64,000 nt of DNA, taken from NCBI GenBank assembly GCA_001179505.1, contig CDMY01000708.1, positions 226,408 to 290,407 on the forward strand, read 5' to 3'. The stretch comes from Vitrella brassicaformis CCMP3155. Its lineage: Eukaryota; Protista; Chromerida. Below the pieces are notes generated by a model. The model did no database searches. It saw only the letters and a list, made by a program, of their open reading frames with translations, and was not told where the DNA came from. Below, piece by piece: positions 61,701 to 64,000 of the stretch. The position numbers and the translations under genes were made by a program. Position 1 is the first letter of the stretch. Each line of letters opens with the position of its first letter.

Positions 61701-64000
61701 ACATCCTCGTTATCCATGTCAGCGGATGCCACTGGCAAACCATCAGCCGATACCCGGAAGCTCAGACGGCTGTGTCTCCATCGCAGAGCCAGCAGAAGCC
61801 CATCATCTTCAACGGAGCTTCTGTCACCCGCCATGTGCAGCCAGGGAATCTCATATCTGGTGCCTTGTGCGCCCAATCCAGGACTGAACCACCGGAAAAC
61901 GGCCATGTCATTTCGCCAGTTTGGTCATCGTGGATCAAACATCAGCAACACTCCCGAGCAAAGCCAGCTTGTCTATGCCAGCGGAGTGCTCCAGCAGCGG
62001 CACCCTCCCCCCTTTTCCAGATCCCCCACCCTTTGGGCCGCAGTCGAGACGCACACACAGCCGGAGATAGGAGCTATGCCCGAGACGTGAGACGGACCAT
62101 ACAGCCGCACCTGACAGCCTTACCCACAGATGGGTGTGGATGGAATTGACAACACAGCGACGTCACTCACGTTATTATCAGATGGCTTCTTGCCCGCCCC
62201 AACAGCGGCCTTGCCCTTCTGACAAGAGGTGTCGTTGCGCGTGGTGGTTTTTGTCGTTCTGAGGGACAGTGGATGATTATCTGATGCATTTGGTAGGGGC
62301 GTTTCATTTTGAGGCATTCATGGTGAAATGCAGCGCATGGTGCGTGTTTGCCATTCATCCATGCGTACGGGTCGCTGTTTTGCTGCAATCCCTGTGCGGG
62401 TTGTGGGGGAGGGGTGGGATCTTCTGCTGCTTTAGCCGGTGGACGGCATGAAGGACACACCCCTGCTTAGACACTCCCATAGGTGTGTGCGTCTTTGCAG
62501 TAAGTGTCGTCATTCCGCTGGCTCATTTTTACTCCCGTTGATCATACTGTCCCGTTTTGTTGGACCATTGTGAGAAGATGCCACGGATGCGTGCGTGTAA
62601 GGGAGGGGCGAACGATCGGTCGGTCGCTGTGTCCGTCGCTTGCGAAGGCTACCATGGATGTCTCGCGTGGCGGGGGCCTCTTTTTTTGCAGTCAGGGAGA
62701 GACGAGACATACACGCCATGCGACACATCGCGCCGTCTCTGGTCGTGCCAGCTACTGCGTGTGGCCTTCTTTGCGGTGATTGTCGATTTCTTGCTGGCCC
62801 TCTCTGTTCATGCAGTGATTCTCTATAGAGGGGCATGGTAAGTGGGCGCATGTTCTGGAAACTTTTCTGTGTGCCTGGCTTGTCGGGGTGGGCCGACGCA
62901 AGGACAGTGACCGCAATTGAATGTGTCACCTCTCGAGAGATGGCGTGGTGAGCTATGACGGTAGCGTGTGTTTTGTTCCCTCCTCTACCGTCTGACTGAG
63001 GGCGAGTATATGTGTGTGCCTTCTACTGGAGTACATGTGAGAGCCCACACGTCGTTTTCCGTAAGTGAGACATGTCAATTCCCTGTTGTCGGAGTGGGTG
63101 TACATGTCTGTCTGTCTGTATTGCTTGGATATCTCACTGTTCTGTCCGTGTGGCCTTCATCCAGATATCCCTCATCATTTGAGCTCTCACCCATGCAGTT
63201 GTGACCGTCTTCGCAGTGAGTGTCGATTGATGATTTCAATCCCGTATGCGACCATAGGAGGAACGATGCCATGCAACTTTTCTTTTTCGCGGTCAGGATA
63301 TTGACAGGTCGCGGCATCGGATATTGACACGTCGCGGCAGCTAGTCGAGAACATGTCAATGCCCGTGCGCCATGCATAGATGGAGGGATGTTGTTCATCG
63401 CCATTTCTCGGTACAGACGCGGCGATAACGAGAGAGGCGAGTGTTTCAAGCAAACGTTCATGCCAAGAGATGTATCAGTGGACGTTTAAATGCGGCTTGT
63501 GCTATGCATCAATGTATCATTTTACGCATCGCTGGCTGGACTTGATGACGATGAAAGACAATTGATGATGAATCGAAAGAGACGGTAGCATGAGGCCACA
63601 CTCTTTGCAGCCACCATCTCACGCAGAAGTGCACACACTCACAGAAGCAGCACACACACGCACACACCCATCCACACACGTGTACACCGTCCGTTCAATC
63701 AGCTGACACACAGAGAGCGACCACACACGTACTGTCTGTGTGCCCGCCGCCGACCCTCATGGTCGGTCAATCATGTCTGTCACACCCGGGAAGGCAGCAA
63801 ATACGAACACATGACAGACAGGCAGAGAGAGGGCCCGGGACGAGAAGACGTACGCGTACGATCGATTACCACACACAAATGTATACATATGTATATATTT
63901 GTACGTACAGAACAGTACAGACTTACGTACATATGATGATCGCATATATATGTGAGCCACAAACGGACATACATATTCATGGCCAATGTGTTTGTCAGTC

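Larger units (their letters stand above)
1..64000. repeat. Abundant microsatellites: (GT/CA)n, (GTCT/AGAC)n, (GGAT/ATCC)n, (GCAG)n, (GGGA)n in introns and intergenic DNA
   Basis: Visible throughout, e.g. 506-528, 1586-1627, 21124-21160, 26684-26720, 52573-52601. Confidence 0.95.

Noticed and set aside
63297-63340. 20-bp direct repeat gatattgaca(g/c)gtcgcggca x2
   Set aside because: Only two units with no associated gene; probably a local slippage duplication.

Overview
Eukaryotic, GC-rich, intron-rich nuclear DNA. The ApiAP2 genes, a CDPK, bipartite plastid-targeting leaders and introns packed with (GT)n/(GTCT)n point to a chromerid alveolate such as Vitrella (inference). About 20 spliced genes can be assembled by hand: RPA2, an F-box-like hypothetical, a duplicated plastid GNAT, a large multidomain clostripain (C11) protease, a C45 hydrolase, TPGS2, a tail-anchored CAMK-like pseudokinase, two inverted 4xAP2 paralogs plus a relic third copy, cytosolic HSP70, mitochondrial uL14, a tandem SnoaL-like cyclase, an FxP-repeat/EF-hand protein, an apparently 5'-truncated enolase-superfamily enzyme, a novel two-repeat protein, SPCS1, a plastid-targeted unknown, a MORN protein, a CDPK with a long tail and two membrane proteins. 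Most genes sit in tight head-to-head pairs. There are two 300-N gaps. I saw no CRISPR array, rRNA, tRNA or autonomous transposon. Exon boundaries were read manually; family calls come from remembered motifs, not database searches.
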